Assembly: GCA_019056805.1 (NCBI GenBank)
Contig: DXJG01000002.1
Location: 7,855 to 39,854 of the forward strand
DNA from: Candidatus Baldrarchaeota archaeon
GTDB lineage: Archaea > Asgardarchaeota > Baldrarchaeia > Baldrarchaeales > DXJG01
Direction: 5' to 3'
DNA length: 32,000 bases
The notes below the pieces were generated by a model. That model had not been told where the DNA came from, searched no databases, and saw only the letters and a program-made list of their open reading frames with translations. This document shows positions 1 through 9,181 of the stretch, piece after piece. How positions within the stretch are numbered: position 1 is the stretch's first letter; each line of letters starts with the position of its first letter. Position numbers and translations under genes: made by a program.

Positions 1-2
1 TC

Positions 3-611
3 CTCAGACAAATAGTCCCAGGTTTTGGTGGAAATGTGATGGCAGTAGTAACATGTCCAGAAAAACGACCTCAAATGGCCACAGTACGGCCCGGAATTCT
101 CAAAAAAATTGCAAAAGATGAATCGCGACAAGGTGAAATCATAGAACTTGACGTAAAAATAAGCGAAGAAGAACTTAAAGCAAAAACCCTAGAAATGAAA
201 ATAGAACCACCTCCAGAGTTACCAATTGAAAAAGCAGAAATCGTCATTGCAGGAGGATGGGGTATCTGTGACAAAGAATGTTTCAATATGTTAAAAGAAC
301 TTGCAAAACTATTAGGAGGAGCAGTAGGCGGAACTCGCCCAGTCCTAGATGAAGATCTAATAAAAGAAGATCAAATGATAGGTCAAAGCGGAAAAATCAT
401 AGCACCAAAAGTTTACATAGGATTCGGAATCTCAGGAGAAATGCACCACGTAGTCGGTATATTAGACTCCGATACAATAATAGCAATAAATATAGACTCT
501 AAAGCTCCCATCTTCGACTTTGTAGACTACGGAGTAATAGGAGATGCAAAAGAAATTCTACCACGACTAATTAAAAAACTTAAAGAAAAATTAGAAAGAA
601 AACAATGTTAA
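3..611 (+). CDS. etfA: Electron transfer flavoprotein subunit alpha, C-terminal part (gene truncated at left window edge)
   Basis: The frame is open to the window edge ([32 protein letters not shown]...). The C-terminal FAD-domain motifs [40 protein letters not shown] and [13 protein letters not shown]-like are typical of EtfA. Confidence 0.93.
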   Translation, partial: LRQIVPGFGGNVMAVVTCPEKRPQMATVRPGILKKIAKDESRQGEIIELDVKISEEELKAKTLEMKIEPPPELPIEKAEIVIAGGWGICDKECFNMLKELAKLLGGAVGGTRPVLDEDLIKEDQMIGQSGKIIAPKVYIGFGISGEMHHVVGILDSDTIIAINIDSKAPIFDFVDYGVIGDAKEILPRLIKKLKEKLERKQC

Positions 612-2275
612 AATATCATTGGAGCCTTGTATTCCCCAAAAACATCTCTCAAAACATCACATATTTCTCCAATTGTCGCATAAGATTTTACAGCATCTAT
701 AGTAACTGGTAATATATTCTCATCGCTCTCAGCAACCTCCCTCATCTTTTGAAGAACTTCCTTAACTCTACTATTATCCCTACTAGCCCTTAATTCCCTA
801 ATACGTTCTATTTGTCTCCTCTCAACCTCAGGATCAACTTTAAGAATCTCATAAGAAAGCTCCTCATCTATAACATATTTATTAATACCAACAATACACC
901 GTTCCCCGTTCTCCACTTCTTTCTGGGTCTTATACGCAGAATCAGCAATTTCACGCTGAATATATCCAGACTTAATTGCAGCAACAGCCCCACCCATCTT
1001 CTCAATCTTCTCAATATATCTTAACGCTCTATCCTCAATCTCATTTGTCAACCACTCAACATAATATGAACCGCCAAGAGGATCAACCGTATTAGCAACC
1101 CCGGATTCCTCAGCAATAATCTGCTGAGTACGTAATGCTATACGAACCGCTTTCTCGGTAGGCAAACACAATGCTTCATCATAAGAATTAGTATGAAGAG
1201 ATTGAGCACCACCCAACACCGCAGCCAATGCTTGAATAGCAACTCTCACAATATTTATCTCCGACTGCTGAGCAGTTAAAGTGGACCCGCAAGTCTGAAC
1301 ATGAAACCTAAGACGCATAGACCTAGGATTCTTCGCATCAAACTTCTCCTTCATTATCCGTGCCCATAACCTCCTAGCAGCCCTAAACTTTGCTATCTCC
1401 TCAAAAAAATCATTATGCACCCCAAAGAAAAACGAAATTCTAGAAGCAAAATCATCAACATCAAGACCCCTATCTATCGCTGCCTTCACATACTCAATAG
1501 CATTAGCAAAAGTAAAAGCAACCTCTTGAACCGCGTTACATCCAGCTTCACGCATATGATAACCACTCACACTAATAAAATTCCACCTAGGCATATTTCT
1601 ACAACTATACTCAATAATATCAACAACCAACCTCATAGAAGGCTCAGGAGGAAAAATATATTGTCCCCTTGCAATATACTCCTTCAAAATATCATTCTGC
1701 ACTGTACCACTTAACTCCTTCAAAGAAACCCCCTGCATTTCACCTATCGCAATATACATCGCCTGAAGAATATGCGCCGTAGCATTAATTGTCATAGAAG
1801 TAGACACTTTTTCCAAAGGAATACCATCAAAAAGCCGCTCCATATCCCTAAGCGTAGGCACGGAAACCCCAACACGCCCAACCTCACCCGCCGCCAAAGG
1901 ATGATCAGGATCAATCCCCACCTGCGTAGGAAGATCAAACGCCACACTTAAACCGGTCTGCCCCAACTCAAGAAGATACTTAAACCTCCTATTCGAATCC
2001 TCAGCAGTCCCATAACCAGCATATTGCCGCATGGTCCAAAGACGACCCCTATACATCGTATGATAAACACCACGAATATACGGATACCTACCAGAAAAAC
2101 TGAGGTCCCTAAGATAATCAAAATCCTCCAAATCAAGAGGAGTATACAACCGCTTCACAGGAATTCCCGAAGAAGTCACAAACTTCTCCTTCCTCTCACC
2201 AAACCGAGAAGCCTCATAATTCCACGCCTCTTTTTCCTTCCTCAACAACTCCAAACTTTTCCTATCAAAACTCAT
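608..2275 (-). CDS. Methylmalonyl-CoA mutase large (catalytic) subunit, lacking the C-terminal B12-binding domain; start is probably ATG at 2275 (the ORF track begins at TTG 2287)
   Basis: [117 protein letters not shown]. The length is typical of the split archaeal large subunit. Exact acyl-CoA specificity was not resolved. Confidence 0.93.
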   Translation of the reverse strand: MSFDRKSLELLRKEKEAWNYEASRFGERKEKFVTSSGIPVKRLYTPLDLEDFDYLRDLSFSGRYPYIRGVYHTMYRGRLWTMRQYAGYGTAEDSNRRFKYLLELGQTGLSVAFDLPTQVGIDPDHPLAAGEVGRVGVSVPTLRDMERLFDGIPLEKVSTSMTINATAHILQAMYIAIGEMQGVSLKELSGTVQNDILKEYIARGQYIFPPEPSMRLVVDIIEYSCRNMPRWNFISVSGYHMREAGCNAVQEVAFTFANAIEYVKAAIDRGLDVDDFASRISFFFGVHNDFFEEIAKFRAARRLWARIMKEKFDAKNPRSMRLRFHVQTCGSTLTAQQSEINIVRVAIQALAAVLGGAQSLHTNSYDEALCLPTEKAVRIALRTQQIIAEESGVANTVDPLGGSYYVEWLTNEIEDRALRYIEKIEKMGGAVAAIKSGYIQREIADSAYKTQKEVENGERCIVGINKYVIDEELSYEILKVDPEVERRQIERIRELRASRDNSRVKEVLQKMREVAESDENILPVTIDAVKSYATIGEICDVLRDVFGEYKAPMIF

Positions 2276-2476
2276 GGCAAACACCAAACCTCATCCATTA
2301 CCATGAAAATCCCATTTTTAAATCCTCATACACATTTATCAAAATATCTCCTACACAAAACTAGGACAATCAAACAAAAACAACAATACAGACAAAACTA
2401 TCAGGTGTATCAAAATATTTCACATAACCCAAAACACAAAAATATTAAATAATATCTCACAAAGCAATAAAAACGA

Positions 2477-2581
2477 TGGAGCCGCCGCCGGGCTTCGAAC
2501 CCGGGACCTCCTCCTTACCAAGGAGGCGCTTTGGTCGGTTCTTGATGTGTTTTTTCTCTGACCAGGCTGAGCTACGGCGGC
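2477..2581 (-). tRNA. tRNA-Thr(GGU) with encoded CCA (2477-2479) and one non-canonical intron
   Basis: Acceptor GCCGCCG (2581-2575) pairs with CGGCGGC (2487-2481), discriminator T. Anticodon stem CCTCC, loop TTGGTAA, stem GGAGG. T-arm CCGGG-TTCGAAG-CCCGG. Removing 27 nt between the D-stem G (2556) and C (2528) gives a 75-nt mature molecule. Confidence 0.92.
2529..2555 (-). other. Non-canonical tRNA intron (about 27 nt) near tRNA position 24/25
   Basis: The insert aaaaaacacatcaagaaccgaccaaag interrupts D-stem GAG|C. The boundary is ambiguous by 1 nt because of a flanking G. Confidence 0.75.
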
Positions 2582-2796
2582 TTTTTGTTGTTTTGTAGGT
2601 TTTTGTTGTTGTTTCTATGTTTTTATGGTTTTTATTTTTGTTGTTGGTTTGGTGGTGGTGTTTTATATTTGTGTTTGTTTGTTTTTATTTGTTTTTCTAT
2701 TGTTTGTTGTGTTGTTGTTTTTTGTGGTAAGGTTTTAATGTTGTTATAGTAGGTCTTATAAGTAAATTGTTGGTATTGTTTAGTTGATGGTGAAGT

Positions 2797-3471
2797 ATGA
2801 TGAGTGTTGTTCTCATCGGGACGGTCATTTTGCAGTTGTTAAATATATTTGATATGGTGTTTTCGTTTTTTGAAGGGATTAAGGATGTTATTTCGGATTT
2901 TCTTGGGATTCCTATTCCTGATGAGGCTTGGATTTCGTTTTGGTTGTTTGTGGCTCTGGTTATTTCGACTTATGTTTTATCGCTAGGAAAGGGACCTGTG
3001 GAGTCGGGTTTTCCTATCGATGAGGTGGGTGCTGAGTCGGCTGCGGTGTTTAAGGCTGAGGAGGTTGCTGCTAGGTCGGCGTTAGAGTTTTTGGATGATG
3101 CTTTTAATAAGGGTGAGGTTTCTGAGCAGTTGTTTAATAGGTTGAAGTCTTTCTATTCTAGTAAGTTGGATAGGATTAGTGAGCAGCTGGCTCGTTTAAG
3201 TAGATTTGAAGAAATTAGAGGTATTGATCTTGAACTTGAGGAGGCTAAGCGAGAATTTTTGGAGAGGCTAAAACCACCGTCTGAAGTTGAGAGACCAGCG
3301 GTTAGGGAGGAACCGGTTGTCGAGGAAGTTGCGGTTCCTAAGGTTGAGGAGGCTAAGGTTGAGCCTACTGTTCCTTCTGCTCCGAAAGGGGAGACGCTTG
3401 TTCAGGTTTTAAGAGATGAGATGTTGAGGGAGCTTCGTAGGTTAAAGGAAATTATAGAGAAGTCCAGTTAA
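2797..3471 (+). CDS. Uncharacterised protein: N-terminal hydrophobic/TM segments, coiled coil, P/E/V-rich linker, C-terminal amphipathic helix
   Basis: Continuous 224-aa ORF with ATG start directly upstream of rpiA. Hydrophobic stretches are MMSVVLIGTVILQLLNIFDMVF and AWISFWLFVALVISTYVLSL. No family recognised. Confidence 0.75.
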   Translation: MMSVVLIGTVILQLLNIFDMVFSFFEGIKDVISDFLGIPIPDEAWISFWLFVALVISTYVLSLGKGPVESGFPIDEVGAESAAVFKAEEVAARSALEFLDDAFNKGEVSEQLFNRLKSFYSSKLDRISEQLARLSRFEEIRGIDLELEEAKREFLERLKPPSEVERPAVREEPVVEEVAVPKVEEAKVEPTVPSAPKGETLVQVLRDEMLRELRRLKEIIEKSS

Positions 3472-3484
3472 GGACGGTGTATTT

Positions 3485-4189
3485 ATGGCTGGTTTTGACG
3501 AGAGGGAGAGTGCTAAAGTTAATGCTGCTGAGGCTGCTGTTAAGTTGGTGAAGGATGGACAAGTTCTTGGTATTGGGAGTGGATCTACTGTTGAGCATTT
3601 TATTAGGTTGTTAGGGGAACGTATTAGGAAGGAAGAGTTAGAGGTTTATGGTGTTCCTTCTTCTTTTCAATCGTATTTTCTTGCGTTAGATAGTGGTATT
3701 CGTATTGTTGGTTTAGATGAGTTTGATGTGCTTGATTTAGCTGTTGATGGTGCTGATGAGGTCGATTCCGACCTAAATTTGATTAAGGGTGGTGGTGGAG
3801 CTTTTACTAGAGAGAAAATTGTTGATTCTGCAGCGAAGGAATTTGTGGTAATTGTTGATTGGTCTAAAAAGGTTAATCGACTTGGTGAGAAGTTTCCTGT
3901 TCCTGTAGAGGTTCTGCCTTTTGCATATGGTTATGTTTGCCGTAGGTTGAGGAAGCTTGGTGGGGAGCCAATTCTTAGAAAAGCTAAGCTTAAATTGGGC
4001 CCAGTTATCTCTGATAATGGTAATTTCATTGTTGATGTGAAATTTTCGAGAATTAAAGATGTTAAGAACTTGGAAAGAGATATAAATAATATTCCGGGTG
4101 TTGTCGATAACGGCATTTTTCCATCGAGTTTAGTGGATATCGTTTTTGTTGGGTATAGCGATAGAGTTGAGATATTGAAGCGTGAATGA
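3485..4189 (+). CDS. rpiA: Ribose-5-phosphate isomerase A
   Basis: GQVLGIGSGSTVEHFI, DLAVDGADEVDSDLNLIKGGGGAFTREKIV, VVIVDWSKKVNRLGEKFPVPVEVLPF. Confidence 0.97.
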   Translation: MAGFDERESAKVNAAEAAVKLVKDGQVLGIGSGSTVEHFIRLLGERIRKEELEVYGVPSSFQSYFLALDSGIRIVGLDEFDVLDLAVDGADEVDSDLNLIKGGGGAFTREKIVDSAAKEFVVIVDWSKKVNRLGEKFPVPVEVLPFAYGYVCRRLRKLGGEPILRKAKLKLGPVISDNGNFIVDVKFSRIKDVKNLERDINNIPGVVDNGIFPSSLVDIVFVGYSDRVEILKRE

Positions 4190-4190
4190 T

Positions 4191-5792
4191 TTAGTCTGCA
4201 TAAATTTTTTTCCCTTGTTTTAATACCTCTTCAAGTATTTTTCCATAGTTGCTATTTTTTCTGATTCTTACTTCTCCTCGTTTTCCGACCTTAACCGCAA
4301 ATAATAAGTCTTGGTCAGCATAAAAATTAACTAATTTTCTTGCTAGTGGTGGTGGAACAAGAAGGATATAGTATTTACGCGTAATGTCTATTTCCACAGG
4401 TAATTTTTCTCTTTTAGTAACTTCTCTTCTAACTTTTCCTTTTTTTACTTCCTTTATGGGGGAAACAACTACTTGTTCTCCGAAGACGTATATTTCGTAT
4501 TCCAGTCCTCCTTTTTCAAAATCTCTGACTTCAATAACTGGTCGGGCTAAATCTCTTTCAGTCATTCCGGATGGAACTTTTACCGTGAGGTTTAGAGAGT
4601 ATACTTTTTCTATTCTTCCGCCTTTAATGAAAATTACGGTGTCTATAACTCTACTGATTAGGCCTAAGTCTACTCTTCCAATGAATCGTTGTATGGCATC
4701 TATTGCTTGTGTTGCATGAACAACACCTATCATTCCTACACCAGCGAATCTTAAGTCTGCGAAGATTTTGAAATCTCTGGTTTTTCGAAGTTCATCAAAA
4801 ATACAGTAGTCGGGTCTTACGAGTAATAGCACATCGGCTGTCTTCTCTAAACTACCTTTTAGAGCGGTATATTGAGTTATATCCGGGCCTACCTGTAAGT
4901 CTCTGGGTTTTTCGATTGTTTTCACAATTTTGTTCATGCTGCTATAAAATTCGGCTAGTGCTGATGCGAAGGTACTTTTACCCGCGCCGGGTGGACCTGC
5001 GATTAATATGCCTTCTGCTCTTTCTTTTAGTCGTTTAAGGAGTCTATCTGATACGTTGTAATCGTTTATTGTCATTTTGACAAGGGGTCTTACGGCTGTT
5101 ATTTCCATTCCATCTGAGAAGGGAGGTCTTGCGATCGCAATTCTGTATTCTCCCATTTGTACAACGGTTGCTCCAGGTTCGTCGATTTCTATAAAAGCGT
5201 CTTTTTCACTTCTTGTTCTTTCTATTATGTCCATAGCGATGCTTTGCAATTCTTCGAGGCTTACGGGGTCTTCTCTGATTTTTACTAACTCCCAGTGACC
5301 AGGGGTGCCTCTTTTTGCAAGGGGAGGAACTCCTTCTTTCAGATGCACTGACATGACATTTTCCGAGAAGAAATCTTCGATTTTAATCCTTTTTCTTTTG
5401 ATTTTTATATATTCTGTTTCTATTCCTTCAATTTTGGCTAGAGAAGCTTGAATATGATCACTAGTAATTAGCTTGGCATTTAGCTCTTTTGCTTGTCTTC
5501 TTATTAGAGCATCTATTTCTCCCTTCGATGCGTATTTTATTTGTCCTGGATCTGGTCTTTCTCCGACAAATTCTAGTTCTATTTTGTTTTCTTCTGCTAG
5601 TTTTCTGAGTTTTTTCAACTCTTCTAGCCCTGCGTATCCAACAGCTTTCCCTATGTTTGCTTGGTATTCTATTTCTGCAATAACAGCGTTGGGTATGGCT
5701 ATTTTTACATTACTTAGTTTATTTTCCCTTATTTTACGGGATAACCATCCTTCTATGATGATTGACGTGTCGGGTACTATGATTTTTGTCAT
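4191..5792 (-). CDS. PINc domain-ATPase (N-terminal PIN, PilT-type ATPase, C-terminal RNA-binding-like region)
   Basis: PIN start [18 protein letters not shown]; Walker [10 protein letters not shown]; [38 protein letters not shown]. Widely conserved archaeal architecture. Confidence 0.92.
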   Translation of the reverse strand: MTKIIVPDTSIIIEGWLSRKIRENKLSNVKIAIPNAVIAEIEYQANIGKAVGYAGLEELKKLRKLAEENKIELEFVGERPDPGQIKYASKGEIDALIRRQAKELNAKLITSDHIQASLAKIEGIETEYIKIKRKRIKIEDFFSENVMSVHLKEGVPPLAKRGTPGHWELVKIREDPVSLEELQSIAMDIIERTRSEKDAFIEIDEPGATVVQMGEYRIAIARPPFSDGMEITAVRPLVKMTINDYNVSDRLLKRLKERAEGILIAGPPGAGKSTFASALAEFYSSMNKIVKTIEKPRDLQVGPDITQYTALKGSLEKTADVLLLVRPDYCIFDELRKTRDFKIFADLRFAGVGMIGVVHATQAIDAIQRFIGRVDLGLISRVIDTVIFIKGGRIEKVYSLNLTVKVPSGMTERDLARPVIEVRDFEKGGLEYEIYVFGEQVVVSPIKEVKKGKVRREVTKREKLPVEIDITRKYYILLVPPPLARKLVNFYADQDLLFAVKVGKRGEVRIRKNSNYGKILEEVLKQGKKIYAD

Positions 5793-5897
5793 ACATTTTT
5801 CACCATTGTTTAAAGTAGAATCAAGAAGGTGAGTTACGACTTAAATATATTTTTTTCTAAATGATAAAGAAGATTTCTTAACAGTAAAATCAAAATC

Positions 5898-6434
5898 TTA
5901 GAGCTCTAAACGTGAAACTTTATAATACGTTATATCTCCCTGTCTGTCTACAATTGCCAATATTAATTCTTTTCCCATACTTCGTGCTGCTTTAGTTATT
6001 TTATCAAGTTCGGTTAAACTAAATGGTTTTCCTTCTTCTACTATTCCAACTAGATATTTAGCTACATCTTTTCCTACTTTTGCCCCTCTTTCGTACAGGC
6101 GATATTCAGCGACTTCTCCTGGACCCTGCCTAACTATGTAACCTCGGGATCTTAGGTCTCTGTAGACGATATATTTTATCCAAATTTCTTTATCTACTTT
6201 TTCAAGATATTTCATCAAATCGTTGAAACTGTATTCATTTCCGCCGTTGTCAATAACTTTTATCTTGTTTCTCTCTAGAAGTATTAACGCTTCAACAGGG
6301 TTAAGTATCAGCTTTTCATCTGAAACTAATTCTCCATAATATCCTTGATTATAAAGCTTTGCAACATCTTTTCCTTCTATTATCACCGAGGTATCTATGA
6401 GTTTTCCGCAAGCTACGATTTCTTCCTCTTCCAT
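5898..6434 (-). CDS. endA: tRNA-splicing endonuclease (EndA family), possibly a structural/non-catalytic subunit
   Basis: LYNQGYYGELVSDEKLILNPVEALILLER is the EndA N-domain. WIKYIVYRDLRSRGYIVRQG...YRLYERG...AKYLVGIV...ITKAARSMGKELILAIVD is the catalytic-domain fold. The position expected for catalytic His reads V. Confidence 0.85.
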   Translation of the reverse strand: MEEEEIVACGKLIDTSVIIEGKDVAKLYNQGYYGELVSDEKLILNPVEALILLERNKIKVIDNGGNEYSFNDLMKYLEKVDKEIWIKYIVYRDLRSRGYIVRQGPGEVAEYRLYERGAKVGKDVAKYLVGIVEEGKPFSLTELDKITKAARSMGKELILAIVDRQGDITYYKVSRLEL

Positions 6435-6513
6435 TTTTATCCCCTTTGTAAGAAAATATTTATCCTTAAAATTTTTTGGTAAAGCATGAAAACATAACGT
6501 GGTAGTGGTTTAA

Positions 6514-7017
6514 ATGACAGTTGAAGAAAAAATTCTTAAATTCTTGAAAGACGCGGATAGAATCGTTATAATGGGTATTGGAAATATACTTAGAGGAGAT
6601 GATGCCGCTGGAGTTGTAATTACCCGTAAAATTGCCTTAAATGTACCTGAGAATGTTCTAGTTATAGATTGTGGTTCAACTCCAGAGAATTATCTAGGAA
6701 AAATTGTAAAATTTAATCCTTCACACATTCTAATAATAGACACAGTTATTGTTAACGGAGAACCGGGAGAAATAAAGGTGGTTGACGAATCGCAAATTGT
6801 AGATACTCTATCTTTCTCCACACACAAACCTTCAATTCATATCTTGATTAAGTATATTAAGGGCATTCTTAAGGGAGTAAAATTTTTGGTTCTCGGAATA
6901 CAGCCTAAAAAACTTACATTAGGAGAAGAAATGTCAGAAGAGGTAAAAAATGCTGTAAATAAGATTAGCGATATGTTAATGAAGATTTTACAATCTTCAC
7001 GGGATGGTGGTGAATAG
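6514..7017 (+). CDS. Hydrogenase maturation protease-like protein (HycI/HyaD family)
   Basis: IVIMGIGNILRGDDAAGVVI, VLVIDCGSTPENYLG, STHKPSIHILIKYI, VLGIQPKKLTLGEEMSEEV. Confidence 0.88.
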   Translation: MTVEEKILKFLKDADRIVIMGIGNILRGDDAAGVVITRKIALNVPENVLVIDCGSTPENYLGKIVKFNPSHILIIDTVIVNGEPGEIKVVDESQIVDTLSFSTHKPSIHILIKYIKGILKGVKFLVLGIQPKKLTLGEEMSEEVKNAVNKISDMLMKILQSSRDGGE

Positions 7018-7019
7018 TT

Positions 7020-8054
7020 TTGCGAATAAGAAGCATCGAATGGAAGAAAAACAAAGTTATCATTATTAATCAGTTAAAATTACCTGAAAAAATTGAATAT
7101 ATCGAGTGTATCACACCGGAGAGATTAATAGAAGCAATAAAAAAGATGGAGATACGGGGAGCACCTGCAATAGGAGCAGCTGCAGCATATACTCTAGCTT
7201 TGACAGCAATTAAAAACAGATCGAAAACGAAAAAAGAACTTTTAAAGAAAATACATGAGATGGCTGGTAAATTAAAATCTACACGGCCAACTGCAGTAAA
7301 TCTCTTTTGGGCTGTTGACAGAATATTAAAAATCATAGAACATGTAGAAGGACCGGTTAATGAAATTGTTACAGCAGTAGTAAGTGAAGCTATGAAAATA
7401 GCAGAGGAAGACGTGAAAGCTAATAAGTTAATTGGTAAATATGGAGCAGAATTGATAAGTGACGGAGATAATATATTGACTCATTGCAACACTGGGGCTC
7501 TTGCAACAGTCGACTATGGTACAGCTCTCGGCATTATAAGAGCAGCGGTAGAGGAAGGGAAAAGAGTTCATGTTTACGTTACTGAAACACGACCAAAACT
7601 GCAAGGAGCTAGACTGACAGCTTTAGAATTAAAATATGAAAATATTCCAGTTACGGTCATATGTGATAATATGGTTGGTTATGTTATGCAAAAAGGGTTA
7701 ATAAATAAGATTTTTGTTGGTGCTGATAGAATATTGAGAACAGGACATGTTATAAACAAAATTGGAACATATACCATTGCTATCTCAGCAAGCTATCATA
7801 ATATTCCCTTTTATGTTGCAGCTCCTACATCAACCTTTGATCTAGAAACGTCCATAAATCAGGTTAAAATAGAAGAGAGGCCTTCAGAAGAGGTGGCATT
7901 TTGCGGTAATGTAAGAATAGTACCTGAGGGTGTAAATATTTTTAATCCCGCCTTTGATATAACTCCTCCTGAACTGGTGAACGCTATTATTACAGAAAAA
8001 GGTATATTAGAACCCCCTCTTGACCGCGCAATCGTAAAGATATTTAACCTTTAG
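7020..8054 (+). CDS. mtnA: S-methyl-5-thioribose-1-phosphate isomerase / eIF-2B-alpha-like family
   Basis: IEYIECITPERLIEAIKKMEIRGAPAIGAAAAYTLAL, ILTHCNTGALATVDYGTALGIIR, VYVTETRPKLQGARLTALEL, IFVGADRILRTGHVINKIGTYTIAI. Confidence 0.92.
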   Translation: MRIRSIEWKKNKVIIINQLKLPEKIEYIECITPERLIEAIKKMEIRGAPAIGAAAAYTLALTAIKNRSKTKKELLKKIHEMAGKLKSTRPTAVNLFWAVDRILKIIEHVEGPVNEIVTAVVSEAMKIAEEDVKANKLIGKYGAELISDGDNILTHCNTGALATVDYGTALGIIRAAVEEGKRVHVYVTETRPKLQGARLTALELKYENIPVTVICDNMVGYVMQKGLINKIFVGADRILRTGHVINKIGTYTIAISASYHNIPFYVAAPTSTFDLETSINQVKIEERPSEEVAFCGNVRIVPEGVNIFNPAFDITPPELVNAIITEKGILEPPLDRAIVKIFNL

Positions 8055-8784
8055 TTGGCGGTTCTATTTGTACAAAAACATCCACGGGGATATTTTTATG
8101 CGAAGAAATATAGTTTTTCCACGAATTTCCTACAGCGATTAAGATAAATATTCCAACCAGCTTTGCTCCTGTTTTTTTCACTAAATTTATTAAGGCTCGT
8201 TGAGTTTCTCCGCTCCTTATAATGTCATCTACAATTAATATTCTATCACTAGAGGTAATACTTCCCTTCGGTAGGTATAGACTCATATAGACTCCCGAAG
8301 AACTTGGAATATAATTTTCCTCCAGAAACTCAGGAATACCAACTTCTTTTTCTTTTTTTGCGTAAATTAGATCAACGCCTAATTCGCTCGCGAAGAGTAC
8401 AGCAATGGGAATACCGTCGGTGGAGGCTGTTAAAACTTTCGAAATTTTCTTGTTAACATATTTTCCGACTACATGTTTTATGATTAATCTAAGCATTGGA
8501 ATATCAAAAATTATAGGAGTATTATCAAAATATCCGAGTCTATCGAATTTAATTCTATTTTTTACTTCTTTTACAAGGTCAAATCGTTCTTCAAAGAATT
8601 TTAAAATTTTTCTAGCTCTATCAATTCTGGGAACAACTCGCCCCATAACGTAGCGATTCAAAACGCTAACAGGTAAATTCAACATCTTAGAAAGTTCTTC
8701 ATAAGTATATCTCTTTTTTAAAATTCTCAATATCTCAACTGCACCCAGTCTTTCTTGTAATTCAAACCACTGAGAATTGCTCAC
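8044..8784 (-). CDS. HTH-phosphoribosyltransferase fusion, GfcR-like transcriptional regulator
   Basis: N-terminal HTH (YTYEELSKMLNLPVSVLNRYVMGRVVPRIDRARKIL) plus a PRTase domain with PRPP loop ILIVDDIIRSGETQRAL. Confidence 0.85.
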   Translation of the reverse strand: MSNSQWFELQERLGAVEILRILKKRYTYEELSKMLNLPVSVLNRYVMGRVVPRIDRARKILKFFEERFDLVKEVKNRIKFDRLGYFDNTPIIFDIPMLRLIIKHVVGKYVNKKISKVLTASTDGIPIAVLFASELGVDLIYAKKEKEVGIPEFLEENYIPSSSGVYMSLYLPKGSITSSDRILIVDDIIRSGETQRALINLVKKTGAKLVGIFILIAVGNSWKNYISSHKNIPVDVFVQIEPPTKG

Positions 8785-9044
8785 ACTCTACACCTCTAAA
8801 AATGATGCTATCAGCTGAACATAATCATTAAAATCATACAAAACAATAAATAATATAAAATATACCAAAAACATAATTCTAATTAAACTAATATATCGAA
8901 CTTCCATCGTTGTTAATATATTCAAAGTTTTATCTATAGGATTAAAATACACGTTCTCTATGTACTATAAGCTTCACACAAAAACTTTAAAAAACAAAGG
9001 CATATAGCACAAGTACGCTAGAAAACTTAAAAATGCCTACCACA

Positions 9045-9053
9045 CATATATAA
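9045..9053 (+). promoter_or_regulatory. Candidate TATA box for tRNA-Asp
   Basis: catatataa lies about 33-40 nt upstream of the mature tRNA 5' end. Confidence 0.4.
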
Positions 9054-9084
9054 CGGAAACATCTAACAGTACAAAGATCAAACT

Positions 9085-9181
9085 GCCCCGGTGGTGTAGC
9101 CCGGCCTAGCATGCGGGTCTGTCACAGGGCTACAACCCGTCAAAACCCGCGACCCGGGTTCAAATCCCGGCCGGGGCGCCA
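9085..9181 (+). tRNA. tRNA-Asp(GUC) with encoded CCA (9179-9181) and one intron at about 37/38
   Basis: Acceptor GCCCCGG/CCGGGGC, G73. D-arm GTGT...GCAT. Anticodon stem CGGGT/ACCCG, loop CTGTCA. T-arm CCGGG-TTCAAAT-CCCGG. Removing 19 nt gives a 75-nt mature form. Confidence 0.95.
9125..9143 (+). other. tRNA-Asp intron (about 19 nt, canonical 37/38; boundary uncertain by 1 nt)
   Basis: The insert cagggctacaacccgtcaa lies between the anticodon loop and the 3' anticodon stem ACCCG (9145-9149). Confidence 0.8.

Noticed and set aside
71-286. Antisense ORF inside etfA, and other long antisense ORFs within conserved genes (e.g. 12046..12639 -, 16453..16887 -, 18714..19088 -, 4384..4719 +, 1415..1714 +)
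   Set aside because: They lie opposite unmistakable conserved genes, have low-complexity or Ser/Ile/Leu-rich translations typical of antisense frames, and lack recognisable motifs.
2024-2452. 142-aa + strand ORF overlapping the mutase start
   Set aside because: The translation is Ile/Lys/Pro/His/Thr-rich and caused by the local A/C-rich strand composition. The opposite strand holds the conserved mutase N-terminus.
2300-2780. Long inverted repeat flanking tRNA-Thr
   Set aside because: The left (A/C-rich) and right (G/T-rich) flanks look roughly complementary in composition, but no extended exact inverted match was found by eye. The signal is compositional rather than a true repeat.
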